Source: an uncultured bacterium | GTDB lineage: Bacteria > Muiribacteriota > CAYSPT01 | Length of the DNA stretch: 64,000 nucleotides | Assembly (NCBI GenBank): GCA_964593455.1 | Contig: CAZQHK010000001.1 | Location: 150,708 to 214,707 of the forward strand | Direction of reading: 5' to 3' | Shown here: positions 46,618-55,855 of the stretch, piece by piece | Position numbering within the stretch: the first letter of the stretch is position 1 | How the letters are laid out: every line of letters starts with the position of its first letter | Notes under the pieces: generated by a model | The model's input: the letters and a program-made list of their open reading frames with translations, nothing else | Told to the model about the DNA's origin: nothing | Databases searched by the model: none | Program-made: the position numbers and the translations under genes

Positions 46618-47508
46618 ATGGAATCGATAACAAGCAAAATACAGTATGATGCCTGGCTGCACTGGAATGTTACCTACCGGTGTCCCCTGGATTGTGCATA
46701 TTGTTTTTTTCATGGGAGCCGGCACCATAATGAATCGGTTGAAAGCGGCAAATGCAGTGGTGGTGATGGTATCGATATTCCATCTCTCATCGAGACACTT
46801 GATACCTCAAAGATGACATTTACTATTAGTTTTACCGGCGGCGAGCCGTTTTGCGTACCTAATCTCACTGAAGCCTGTGTGAAAATATCAGAACATCATT
46901 ACATTTCTCTTGTTACTAATCTGATAACTGGCAATATTAAGGAATTTGCGGAGAAACTGGATCCCCGAAGGGTGGCTGACATTACCGCTTCTTTACATAT
47001 CGGGGAATTGGAACGACGACATTTGCTCGATTCGTTTATCGATAATTACGTTTTTTTGCAGGCAAAAAAGTTTTCTATTGTGGCCACGCAAGTAGCCTAT
47101 CCTCCTTTATTGCCTGACCTGGCTAAGTACCGCTGCTATTTCGAAAAATGTGGTCTAAACGTAACCTTTGAGCCTTTCACAGGTTCGTATCAAGGCAAGC
47201 ATTATCCTGAGGCATATTCGCCGGAGGAACTTCACTCTTTCAGGATTGATAATTCGAAGTTAGATACATTTAAATCAAAAGGGTTATCGTGTAATGCCGG
47301 ATACAATGTTGGAGTGGTATCGCCGACCGGCAGCATTAGTCCATGTTTTCAAATTCATGGAAGGCTTGGAAGTCTCTATGGGAAAATCAAATTTAAAGAT
47401 ACGTTAACGACCTGTCATCATGATGTTTGTCGATGTCCGCTCTATGCATACGATCCTTATTTATTTAAAAAAGCCTTGGGTACGATGACTGGTTCCTCGT
47501 ATTATTAG
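46618..47508 (+). CDS. Radical SAM protein with Cys-rich C-terminal region
   Basis: CPLDCAYC (CxxxCxxC) at residues ~22-29. GGEP glycine-rich SAM motif. C-terminal cysteines (C...CHHDVCRCP). A TTGAAG-17-TATATAAT promoter lies at 46537-46567. Confidence 0.75.
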   Translation: MESITSKIQYDAWLHWNVTYRCPLDCAYCFFHGSRHHNESVESGKCSGGDGIDIPSLIETLDTSKMTFTISFTGGEPFCVPNLTEACVKISEHHYISLVTNLITGNIKEFAEKLDPRRVADITASLHIGELERRHLLDSFIDNYVFLQAKKFSIVATQVAYPPLLPDLAKYRCYFEKCGLNVTFEPFTGSYQGKHYPEAYSPEELHSFRIDNSKLDTFKSKGLSCNAGYNVGVVSPTGSISPCFQIHGRLGSLYGKIKFKDTLTTCHHDVCRCPLYAYDPYLFKKALGTMTGSSYY

Positions 47509-47553
47509 TCGGGTATAATAGATTTGCATAATTTTCGCGAATATGTCCCGTAG

Positions 47554-49665
47554 GTGGTGGTCGAGTTGTCTCCAATGAATTTGAAAAACATTTTGGAGAA
47601 ACTCAAAGATCCTTCTGAAGATGTACGAATCTCCGGTTGTGTGGAACTTTCCGAGTCGGGTCATCCTAAATCCCGCCAGGCGCTGGCTCGCATATCTACC
47701 GATGACCGAAGCCCCCGGGTAAGGTATGCCGCTCGTAAACTGCTGGACGTATGGGATCGAAAATTGCATACCGAACCGGACTTGTTTACCTCCCCGGCTG
47801 TTGAATCGGAGACTGCCCCTGGTCCGGGTTTCGAACTTGAGGGACAGCTGGCCGCTCTGGCCGGGGATCTGACGTCATTGCAGCAGGATGTTCGTCTCCA
47901 AGCGGCCATGAAGATCTGCAACCTTCAGGATCGGCACATGCTGAAGTACGTGCTCGCTGCTCTCGACCGGGAAAGTGACCCAGTGGTGCTGGCTTCTCTG
48001 GTTAAAGCACTGGGTGCATGTGGTGACAGTTCTCACGTCAAGCGCCTGGCAGAATTTCTCCGGGATGAAAATCATCGTGTCCGGGCCAACGCGGTGGAAG
48101 CGCTTCTTATGCTTCAGTCGTCGCTTTCACTGGCTTTGGTTTTCCCCCTGCTTCAGGATACTGACCACCGGGTTCGAGCCGTAGCTTCACAGGCTCTCTC
48201 AGTTCGCGGGGAAGATCACGCTCTGAAGGTCCTGCAACGGATGAGCGAAACCAATGAAATCTGGATGCGCGACAGTGCGGCTTTCGCTCTCGGCGAGCTT
48301 GATATACCTGAAGCGATTCCTTTGTTGTTGAACCTTCACACCGACCGCAACGCCTCTGTTCGCATGAAAGCCGAACGGGGACTTAAAAAATTTGCCGAGT
48401 TGGGGTATGAGGAGGCGGCTCATTTCATCGATGGACTTCCTCACGAAGAGGAAGAACCTGCAACAGTTGTGGAAGTAATGACTGTTGTCGAAGATAAAAG
48501 AGCTACTCTGGCGGATTTGGATGATTCGAATCCGAAACTTCGTATGAACATCGTCAACGAAATTATCTCCAATAAAGATAGAGAGGGCTTGAGTTCCCTT
48601 GTCGAACATCTTGCTCATGAGGAAAACGTTTTCGTCGCTTCCCGCATTCTTTCCGCTATCGGTCTGCTGGGAGAGGGTGACGCCGACCGTTACCGTTCAG
48701 TCCTGGCTGAGTATCTGAAACATCCGGATCTCCGGACGGTGGCCAATGCCATCGAGGCGGCCACGCGGTTGGAGGATCCGGTACTCCGGTCCCATATCAG
48801 GCCTTTGAAGAGAAGCCCCAATGCCAGGATCAGAGGAAATGCCCTGGTTTATCTGCATGATGATCCCGCTGTCGATGTGAGCAAAGAATTATCGGACATG
48901 GCTATGAGTCACAACTCTTCTTTGCAAAACGCGGCCATTTACACCGTGGAACGGTTGGCTGACCGCTACCGTGAACTGGTACCTCAACTGGTACTTCTGG
49001 CTGAAACCAAGGATCCCGAAGTTTTCTACTATCTGGGTGAAACCCTGCAACGCCTGAACGCTCGGGGTGTCTCCGAGGCCGCGGAACTGATTGAATCTCT
49101 GCGGGGTGCTGAATTGGACAGCGGAGGTTCCCGGTCATTGGCTAACCTGGCTAAAGCGCCTTATCTAAAGCGGGTGTATGCGCTGGTCTATGACTCCCTG
49201 GGTTTCCTGGGAGTGTGTTTTTGCCTGGGAATGGTAGTGGGGACAGTAACTATGGGATCGAAAGGTGCAACAGTAGAATCACTCAGACAACTGGTAGCTT
49301 TAGTGGCCACGATTCTTTTTTTCATCAAAGACGGCTACAGGGGCGGTCGGGGTCTCGGCAAAGAAAAAGTAGGTCTTCGCGTTATCGATATCCATACCGG
49401 TGAAGGATGCAGCTACTTCAGGTCGCTGCTACGCCAGGCAACGTTGTTGCTGCCGGGACTGAACCTGATCGAGATCATCTTGCCTGCCGTTGATAAGCAT
49501 GGCCACCGGTTAATCGACAAACTGCTTGATACCCAGGTTATTGAGGAGACTCATCAAGAGCTAACAACCATTCAAAAAGCAGTGGCGTATACCGGGGCGG
49601 CGATAATTGGGTTCGTGCTGTTGCTGGTCATTTTCGAATATATTTCCAAAAAATTGGGAGGTTAG
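47554..49665 (+). CDS. HEAT-repeat protein fused to C-terminal RDD-family membrane domain
   Basis: About 560 aa of HEAT repeats (ENHRVRANAVEALL, DTDHRVRAVASQAL, ...). The C-terminal ~130 aa has 3 hydrophobic helices and an RDD-like pattern (RVYALVYDSLG...IKDGYRG). Confidence 0.7.
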   Translation: MVVELSPMNLKNILEKLKDPSEDVRISGCVELSESGHPKSRQALARISTDDRSPRVRYAARKLLDVWDRKLHTEPDLFTSPAVESETAPGPGFELEGQLAALAGDLTSLQQDVRLQAAMKICNLQDRHMLKYVLAALDRESDPVVLASLVKALGACGDSSHVKRLAEFLRDENHRVRANAVEALLMLQSSLSLALVFPLLQDTDHRVRAVASQALSVRGEDHALKVLQRMSETNEIWMRDSAAFALGELDIPEAIPLLLNLHTDRNASVRMKAERGLKKFAELGYEEAAHFIDGLPHEEEEPATVVEVMTVVEDKRATLADLDDSNPKLRMNIVNEIISNKDREGLSSLVEHLAHEENVFVASRILSAIGLLGEGDADRYRSVLAEYLKHPDLRTVANAIEAATRLEDPVLRSHIRPLKRSPNARIRGNALVYLHDDPAVDVSKELSDMAMSHNSSLQNAAIYTVERLADRYRELVPQLVLLAETKDPEVFYYLGETLQRLNARGVSEAAELIESLRGAELDSGGSRSLANLAKAPYLKRVYALVYDSLGFLGVCFCLGMVVGTVTMGSKGATVESLRQLVALVATILFFIKDGYRGGRGLGKEKVGLRVIDIHTGEGCSYFRSLLRQATLLLPGLNLIEIILPAVDKHGHRLIDKLLDTQVIEETHQELTTIQKAVAYTGAAIIGFVLLLVIFEYISKKLGG

Positions 49666-49679
49666 GAGGAAAACTCCCC

Positions 49680-50696
49680 GTGGTAAATTGGATCGTGGCA
49701 ACTTTTATCGGCCTGCTCTGGCTGGGAGTAGTATGGGTCTGGTTCAGGCCGGAACCGAAACTTCAAAAAAATCTGGTCAAGGTCTTTCTGCTGGGAATGA
49801 TTATCTGTATTCCAGCCGGCTATTTCAATACATACTGGATGAGCGCTCTGGCTCCTCATTTGATTAAGGTGTCGGCCGGTGCCGATGGAGAGCTCACCAT
49901 GCATACCGGTTGGTTGGGCCTGGCTTTGCTCTGGATACTGCTGGCGCCGGTGGAAGAGATTATTAAATTTCTCATCGTGCGCACGGAAAGCTACCGGTTA
50001 AAAGCCTTCGACACCGTTGAAGAAGGAGTCATGCTGGCTTCGGTATCCGCTCTCGGATTTGCAACTTACGAGAACTATTTTTACATGACTCAACGGGGAT
50101 TCGAAATCATCTACCTGCGCGGGTGGCTCTGCCCTCTGGTACACATGTTGTTTTCCGCTTTTTTCGGCTATTACCTTGGATTGGCCAAGACACGAAGGTA
50201 CCGGTCCCAGCCGCTTATTATCGAGGGTTTGGTATTGGCTTCGGTGGCCCACGGGATCTATAATGCCTCTGCCAGAAACATCCCCGTGGGAGTGTTGGTT
50301 GTTATTGCCTACCTGGCATACTATCTGAGCTGGATGAAAACTGAGCGGCATGTGCCGCTAGCGGTCAGACTGATCCCCGGATGGATGAGTGAAGTCAAGC
50401 CTCTGTCGGGCAAACGTTCTCTTGCCAGGCCGACACTTCCCCTGATACAAGATCCTGTTGGAAATCAACAGGTTGAAGAGATCCTCTCTCATTTTGAAAG
50501 TATCTCCGAAGAAGAACGGCTGGAAGCAGTCAAACAAGCCGGTCTGTTTCAAGACCACCGTATCTATGTGGGACTCAAACGGATGGAACACGATCCTTCA
50601 CCGACAGTCAGAAAAGTGGCCTCTATGGCTCTGAAAAGCTTGGAAGAAGATATCAAGGAGCTTTACCGCCGGCAGATGATGGTAAAAAATAAATAA
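49680..50696 (+). CDS. PrsW-family intramembrane protease fused to C-terminal HEAT-repeat segment
   Basis: GTG 49680 lies 9 nt after AGGAGGA. PrsW motifs (APVEEIIKFL, GFATYENYFY, HMLFSAFFGYYLG). The C-terminal ~90 aa is HEAT-like (HDPSPTVRKVASMALKSL). Confidence 0.7.
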   Translation: MVNWIVATFIGLLWLGVVWVWFRPEPKLQKNLVKVFLLGMIICIPAGYFNTYWMSALAPHLIKVSAGADGELTMHTGWLGLALLWILLAPVEEIIKFLIVRTESYRLKAFDTVEEGVMLASVSALGFATYENYFYMTQRGFEIIYLRGWLCPLVHMLFSAFFGYYLGLAKTRRYRSQPLIIEGLVLASVAHGIYNASARNIPVGVLVVIAYLAYYLSWMKTERHVPLAVRLIPGWMSEVKPLSGKRSLARPTLPLIQDPVGNQQVEEILSHFESISEEERLEAVKQAGLFQDHRIYVGLKRMEHDPSPTVRKVASMALKSLEEDIKELYRRQMMVKNK

Positions 50697-50768
50697 TGTC
50701 CTATTAGTGGACATGTTTATTTGTACATAAACCGGACGGTAGCTGGCCAAGTAACTTCAATTTTGGAA

Positions 50769-51389
50769 TTACCCTTCCTGGCAGTACTGACGGTAGGCGG
50801 CTAAAACCTTCTTCACATACCTCCGGGTTTCTTTGAAAGGTGGTATGCCGTTGTATTTTCTTACGTTACCGGGACCGGCGTTGTAAGCAGCCAGCAAGAG
50901 CTCGTTATCGTTGAAACTGTTCCTGAGTTGAGCTAGATACTTAACGCCTCCGGCGATATTGTGTACCGGGTTCCAGGGGTTTTTCACCCCGAGTTGCCGG
51001 GCGGTGGCCGGCATAAGCTGCATCAAACCCATGGCACCTGCCCCGGAAAGACAACTGGAATCGAAGTTTGATTCGATCTTGACTACAGCCTTGATAAACC
51101 GCGGATCAAAGCCGTGTTTACGGCTGTAATGGCGAATGAGAAATTCTATGTCTTTCCGGGTTAGACTGCTCCTGGTCACCGGTTGCCGGTATCGGGTGGA
51201 GCTTGGCGGCGATTTATCTCTGCGCCGGGATTTTGTTCGTGGTGATTTTCGATGCCGATTCCGAGTGACCGCCCTGGCCAGGCTGAATATAATCCTTATA
51301 TCCGTCGACCCTAATTTCCTGGCAGAAAGCATGGTTCCCGGCAGTAAAAAAAACAGTACCAGGAAGCAGGACAGGATTATTTTTATCAT
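50769..51389 (-). CDS. Lytic transglycosylase (SLT/GEWL domain), secreted
   Basis: ATG 51389 lies 6 nt after GGAGGAA. Signal peptide. SLT catalytic block (AVVKIESNFD...GAMGLMQLMPATA, AYNAGPGNV). Confidence 0.8.
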   Translation of the reverse strand: MIKIILSCFLVLFFLLPGTMLSARKLGSTDIRIIFSLARAVTRNRHRKSPRTKSRRRDKSPPSSTRYRQPVTRSSLTRKDIEFLIRHYSRKHGFDPRFIKAVVKIESNFDSSCLSGAGAMGLMQLMPATARQLGVKNPWNPVHNIAGGVKYLAQLRNSFNDNELLLAAYNAGPGNVRKYNGIPPFKETRRYVKKVLAAYRQYCQEG

Positions 51390-51604
51390 TTTTGGTTCCT
51401 CCATCCCTATTTGCTCGGAAAATGCCGGTTCTGTCAGGATTGTCCCTTTAAAATTAATCAGCAAATAGCATGCCAGAGTTAATAAATGATTTGGAAGGGG
51501 AGATTATTGTTGAAAAGCTTGAAGTGAAACAGTACATTTTGTACAATGAGCGGGGTATTGTTTCGTTTGAAAAAAATGTTCTTTTTGAAGAGAGGGGGTT
51601 TAGT

Positions 51605-51829
51605 ATGGCTTCCCGAGGAGAGATAGTCATATTAGAAGAGATCTGCAAAGGATGCGGATTGTGTATCGGTACGTGTCCCCGGAGTGTTCTGGTGAGGGGA
51701 AAGCATCTTAATGTTAAAGGGTTTCACCCCTCGGTGGCAGCCAAACCTGATGAATGCGTCGGCTGTGCTATGTGCGCTGTTGTTTGTCCGGAAGTGGCCA
51801 TAGAGGTTTATAAAGAAGTAACCGAATGA
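51605..51829 (+). CDS. korD: 4Fe-4S dicluster ferredoxin, delta subunit of 2-oxoacid:ferredoxin oxidoreductase
   Basis: ATG 51605 lies 6 nt after AGAGGGGG. Two CxxCxxCxxxCP motifs. Immediately upstream of korA. Confidence 0.75.
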   Translation: MASRGEIVILEEICKGCGLCIGTCPRSVLVRGKHLNVKGFHPSVAAKPDECVGCAMCAVVCPEVAIEVYKEVTE

Positions 51830-51842
51830 AAGGATGGCAGCA

Positions 51843-52910
51843 ATGGGTGAGAAAGTGCTGATGAAAGGAAACGAAGTAATCGGAGAAGCTGCTATAATTG
51901 CCGGCTGTCGTTACTACTTCGGGTATCCGATTACGCCTCAGAGCGAGCTTCCCCAGTATTTGTCCCTCCGCCTTCCCGAGGTTGGTGGCACCTTTCTTCA
52001 GGCCGAGAGTGAGATAGCCGCCATCAATATGATTTATGGGGCTGTAGGCTGCGGGGTACGGGCTATGACCTCGTCTTCAAGTCCGGGAGTCAGCCTGAAG
52101 ATGGAAGGGATATCTTATATGGCCGGAGCTGAATTGCCATGTGTGATAGTCAATATATGCCGAGGTGGTCCCGGGCTTGGGAACATCGCTCCTTCCCAGG
52201 AAGATTACTTTCAGGCAACCAAGGGTGGCGGGCATGGGAACTATCGATTGATCGTTTTAGCTCCCGCTTCGGTACAGGAGGCGGCAGAATTGACCATACT
52301 GGCTTTCGAACTGGCGGACAAATACCGCAACCCGGTCATGATACTCGGCGACGGCTGTCTCGGTCAGATGATGGAACCGGTTGATTTTGAAAAACTAAAA
52401 ACCATGGAAGTTACCGGACTGTCTGATAAACCATGGGCCACCACCGGTTGCCGGGGCCGTGAGCCTAACCTGATTTCGTCGATTCATCTCGACCCGGAAG
52501 AACTGGAGCAGCATGTTATTCACCTGTATACGAAGTACCAGCAGGTTAAAGATAATGAAACCCGGTACGAGATGCGTATGACAGAAGATGCCGATGTGGT
52601 GGTCGTCGCCTACGGCATCATGGCCCGTATTGTCAAAACAGCTGTTGAGAAAGCAAGAAAACGGGGAATTAAAGTGGGTCTCTTCCGTCCCATCTCTCTG
52701 TTTCCCTTCCCCTCGGCGGCGCTGGCCGAACTAGCCCGGACCACACCGGCCTTCCTGGTTGCCGAAATGAACATGGGACAGATGGTTGAAGATGTCAGGT
52801 TGGCGGTAAACGGCCGTCGGCCGGTGGAGTTCTTTGGCAGATCGGGTGGTGTTGTCCCCACCCCGTTCGAAGTTTTAACGGAAATCCAGAAGATTAACGC
52901 TCAGGTTTAG
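51843..52910 (+). CDS. korA: 2-oxoacid (2-oxoglutarate/pyruvate-type):ferredoxin oxidoreductase subunit alpha
   Basis: KorA/PorA family blocks ([34 protein letters not shown]). Confidence 0.9.
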   Translation: MGEKVLMKGNEVIGEAAIIAGCRYYFGYPITPQSELPQYLSLRLPEVGGTFLQAESEIAAINMIYGAVGCGVRAMTSSSSPGVSLKMEGISYMAGAELPCVIVNICRGGPGLGNIAPSQEDYFQATKGGGHGNYRLIVLAPASVQEAAELTILAFELADKYRNPVMILGDGCLGQMMEPVDFEKLKTMEVTGLSDKPWATTGCRGREPNLISSIHLDPEELEQHVIHLYTKYQQVKDNETRYEMRMTEDADVVVVAYGIMARIVKTAVEKARKRGIKVGLFRPISLFPFPSAALAELARTTPAFLVAEMNMGQMVEDVRLAVNGRRPVEFFGRSGGVVPTPFEVLTEIQKINAQV

Positions 52911-52942
52911 AAAGTACAAAGCGTAGAAAGTGGAGATTTCTA

Positions 52943-53704
52943 ATGACTGCTAAAATGTCAAAAGTTTTTTCCCGCCCAGAAAGTCTGTTTGACACACCAT
53001 ATCATTACTGCCCGGGGTGCGGGCACGGTGTCATCCACCGTCTGGTGGCTGAACTGGTTGATGAGTTTGGTTTACGGGAAAAAACAGTAGGAATCGCGCC
53101 GGTAGGATGCTCGGTATTTGCCTACTGGTACTGGAAGTTCGATATGAGTCAGGCTGCTCATGGCCGGGCACCGGCTGTGGCCACGGGAATCAAACGGGTG
53201 CGTCCGGATTTGTTCGTTCTTTCTTATCAAGGCGACGGTGACCTGGCGGCAATCGGTACAGCGGAGATTATCCACGCCGCTAACCGCGGTGAAAAGATCA
53301 CCGTGATATTCGTCAACAACGCCATCTATGGAATGACCGGCGGCCAGATGGCGCCGACCACCCTGATCGGGCAGAAGACAACCACTACTCCTCTTGGGAG
53401 GGACGCTGAGCTTGTCGGTTACCCGATGAGGATGGCCGAACTTCTATCGGGGCTTACCGGCGCCAAGTATATTGCCCGTGGTTCGGTACATGACTACAAA
53501 CATATCGTGCAAGCAAAAAAATATCTCAAAAAAGCTTTCCAAACACAGATCGATGGAAAAGGATTTTCCATGGTTGAAATACTATCCTCGTGTCCAACCA
53601 ACTGGGGAATGATGGCTGGCCCGGCTAATAACTGGATAGAGGAAAACATGATTCCTTACTTCCCGCTCGGAGAGTACAAAGATGAGACTGGGGAGGGAGC
53701 GTGA
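52943..53704 (+). CDS. korB: 2-oxoacid:ferredoxin oxidoreductase subunit beta (TPP-binding)
   Basis: CPGCGHG motif. TPP-binding GDG...NN block ([11 protein letters not shown]...[11 protein letters not shown]). Confidence 0.9.
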   Translation: MTAKMSKVFSRPESLFDTPYHYCPGCGHGVIHRLVAELVDEFGLREKTVGIAPVGCSVFAYWYWKFDMSQAAHGRAPAVATGIKRVRPDLFVLSYQGDGDLAAIGTAEIIHAANRGEKITVIFVNNAIYGMTGGQMAPTTLIGQKTTTTPLGRDAELVGYPMRMAELLSGLTGAKYIARGSVHDYKHIVQAKKYLKKAFQTQIDGKGFSMVEILSSCPTNWGMMAGPANNWIEENMIPYFPLGEYKDETGEGA

Positions 53705-53707
53705 ACC

Positions 53708-54262
53708 ATGAGAGATATCGCTGAAAGAATTGTCATTGCCGGGTTTGGCGGGCAGGGGATACTGCTGGCCGGCAAACTTCTGGCCCAGACCGGTATGCGT
53801 GAAGGCTTTGAAGTTACCTGGCTGCCCTCCTATGGTCCGGAAATGAGGGGCGGTACCGCCAACTGCCAGGTTGTCATCTCTCCCAACGAGATAGGCGCTC
53901 CGGTAATCGAGATTCCGGATGTTATCATAGTGTTCAACCGGCCTTCACTTGAGAAATTCGAACGAGTTATAAAGCCGGATGGCCTGGTTCTGTACGATAA
54001 CTCGCTCATTGACACGAAACCAGGACGTGATGATATCAGAGCGTATCCCGTTCCGGCTACGGAACTGGCCGATTCCCTGGGCAACTTGAAGGCGGCTAAT
54101 ATGGTGATGATTGGAGCCTATGCAGTAGCGAGCAAGACGCTCACTCTAAAGGGCGTATTAAACGGAATAAAGGAGGTTATTTCAACCCGCCATGAAAAGA
54201 TGCTTGATGTCAATATAGCAGCGATCAAGAAGGGCGCAGAAGTTGCTGAAGGGTTTAAATAA
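53708..54262 (+). CDS. korC: 2-oxoacid:ferredoxin oxidoreductase subunit gamma
   Basis: IAGFGGQGILLAG motif. 184 aa. Confidence 0.85.
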   Translation: MRDIAERIVIAGFGGQGILLAGKLLAQTGMREGFEVTWLPSYGPEMRGGTANCQVVISPNEIGAPVIEIPDVIIVFNRPSLEKFERVIKPDGLVLYDNSLIDTKPGRDDIRAYPVPATELADSLGNLKAANMVMIGAYAVASKTLTLKGVLNGIKEVISTRHEKMLDVNIAAIKKGAEVAEGFK

Positions 54263-54283
54263 AACGAGTAATGGCTGGAGAAG

Positions 54284-54898
54284 GTGGTGAATGGCATGCG
54301 CAGATTGATTCGTTTTTTCCTGGTGACGATTGTAGTTACGGGCTTGCTCGTGATACCGTCCTCAGGTTTATTCACTCAGGAGTCGGCGGCCGATGGGGGG
54401 AAAGGCAGCAAAACGTCTGCTCCGCAAGAGGAGGAAATAACTGAATCCTTGCGAAAAGCATTGGTGGAACTGGTGCGGGCCGGAGGCTTTATGAAAAGTA
54501 ATGACACCGACCAGGCCGTGGCCAAATACATGGAAGCCTTCGAAATAGATGAAGGTATTCGCTGGTATGATGATCAGGGAATATTGAACGAGATCATCCG
54601 CCGCTACAGCAAAACGGGACCAGGGGGAACCGGCGGTGGAGATACGCGGAAACTCAAGGTAAAATTGAAATCGGCGGAGGTCGAAATAGAGCAACTCACC
54701 CGGGAAAAAGAACGGCTGGAAGATGAAATAAAAAATCTCCAGATCCGTCTTGATGAAACCGCTCAGGAGCTGGAGGAAGAGATTGCCGCTCTCGAAGCTG
54801 AATTTGAAGAAATGAGACATCAACGCGCTTTTTGGCGCGGAAGATATCTTCGGAAACAGGGATACGGCTATTCCGGGGCCAGTCAGGGCGAGAACTGA
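54284..54898 (+). CDS. Hypothetical secreted/membrane-anchored coiled-coil protein
   Basis: N-terminal hydrophobic segment and a C-terminal coiled coil (LKVKLKSAEVEIEQLTREKERLEDEIKNLQIRL...). Confidence 0.45.
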   Translation: MVNGMRRLIRFFLVTIVVTGLLVIPSSGLFTQESAADGGKGSKTSAPQEEEITESLRKALVELVRAGGFMKSNDTDQAVAKYMEAFEIDEGIRWYDDQGILNEIIRRYSKTGPGGTGGGDTRKLKVKLKSAEVEIEQLTREKERLEDEIKNLQIRLDETAQELEEEIAALEAEFEEMRHQRAFWRGRYLRKQGYGYSGASQGEN

Positions 54899-54912
54899 TA
54901 AGAGGAGGGAGC

Positions 54913-55659
54913 TTGTACCAGAAAGTTGAAGCCCTGGTAGTTCGCAGGACCGATCTCAGGGAGCATGACCGGATTATAACGTTCTATTCCCGTGAATGCG
55001 GCCGGGTGCAGGCCATCGCTCGGGGGGTGCGTAAAAGCGGCAGTAAACGGGCTGTGCTGTTCGAGCCGTTTCGTGTGCTTGAGGTTGTTCTACGGGAAAG
55101 TAAACGGGGGAACCTTCTCTCTATTAGCGATATCTCCCCTCTGAAAGAGTTTACCCATATCTGCGGTGATCTGGAGTGCCTTTCCGCCGGCTTTCATATA
55201 CTTTCCATGCTGGCACGGCTCACTCCTGCCGATGAATCGGAACCGGAGCTTTTCCAGTTGGCGGTAGACTCCCTTGAAAATCTCGACTGTCCGGGTATCG
55301 ATTCGAAAAGTGAAATACTGCAGTTTGAGCTAACCTTTCTGAAAATAGCCGGTTTATTTCCGGAAATCAGGGAGTGCTGTGAATGTGGTCAAAACCCCTT
55401 TCCCATCGGAGAAAAATCTGATTCAATGTTCCTTTCTCCCCGGTTGGGAGGAGTGTTATGCCGCAGTTGCGCCCGGAAGCAGACCGGCAGCCTACGGGCC
55501 GATGACAGCGTACTGCGGTGGCTTCGCGGAGAGTATAGCGGCTCGGTTCCAGCCGGACTTCCGGGAATCATGGACAGGTTTTACCGGTATCATTACTCCG
55601 GTCGTTATAGTCCGCCGCTGGCTTTCGACACAGGACACACCGTGCTCACAACCTCATAG
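54913..55659 (+). CDS. recO: DNA repair protein RecO
   Basis: TTG 54913 just after AGGAGGG. N-terminal OB fold (VEALVVRRTDLREHDRIITFYSRECGRV). C-terminal Cys4 zinc module (CECG...CRSC). Confidence 0.8.
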   Translation: MYQKVEALVVRRTDLREHDRIITFYSRECGRVQAIARGVRKSGSKRAVLFEPFRVLEVVLRESKRGNLLSISDISPLKEFTHICGDLECLSAGFHILSMLARLTPADESEPELFQLAVDSLENLDCPGIDSKSEILQFELTFLKIAGLFPEIRECCECGQNPFPIGEKSDSMFLSPRLGGVLCRSCARKQTGSLRADDSVLRWLRGEYSGSVPAGLPGIMDRFYRYHYSGRYSPPLAFDTGHTVLTTS

Positions 55660-55855
55660 TAAAGCCAGCGTACCTGGTTATCTGAAATGTTAACTCAAAG
55701 AAGAAGTTTTCCAGGTTAATGGAAATTCGAGTAAGAGATGAAAATATTGCTGTAAACAAATGCGTTTTCATGTGGTAAAATCTTATCTACGTTAGCAGAA
55801 AGTTGATTAACTTCATTTTCTGGGTTAAATATTTTCTGAATTAGGAGATGGGTAA

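Noticed and set aside
51470-51604. N-terminal extension of the ferredoxin ORF (MPELINDLEGEIIVEKLEV...)
   Set aside because: The Cys-cluster domain starts at ATG 51605, which has a well-spaced AGAGGGGG RBS. The upstream 45 codons have no ferredoxin features and overlap the divergent promoter region.
54832-54912. Long recO start at 54832 overlapping the preceding coiled-coil gene
   Set aside because: The conserved RecO N-terminus begins at TTG 54913, directly after AGGAGGG. The upstream extension overlaps the previous CDS by 67 nt.
55690-55855. Possible riboswitch in the 165-nt leader of the NSS transporter
   Set aside because: Only an extended -10-like TGgTAAAAT was recognisable. No known riboswitch consensus was seen (no glycine, SAM or other typical conserved segments).
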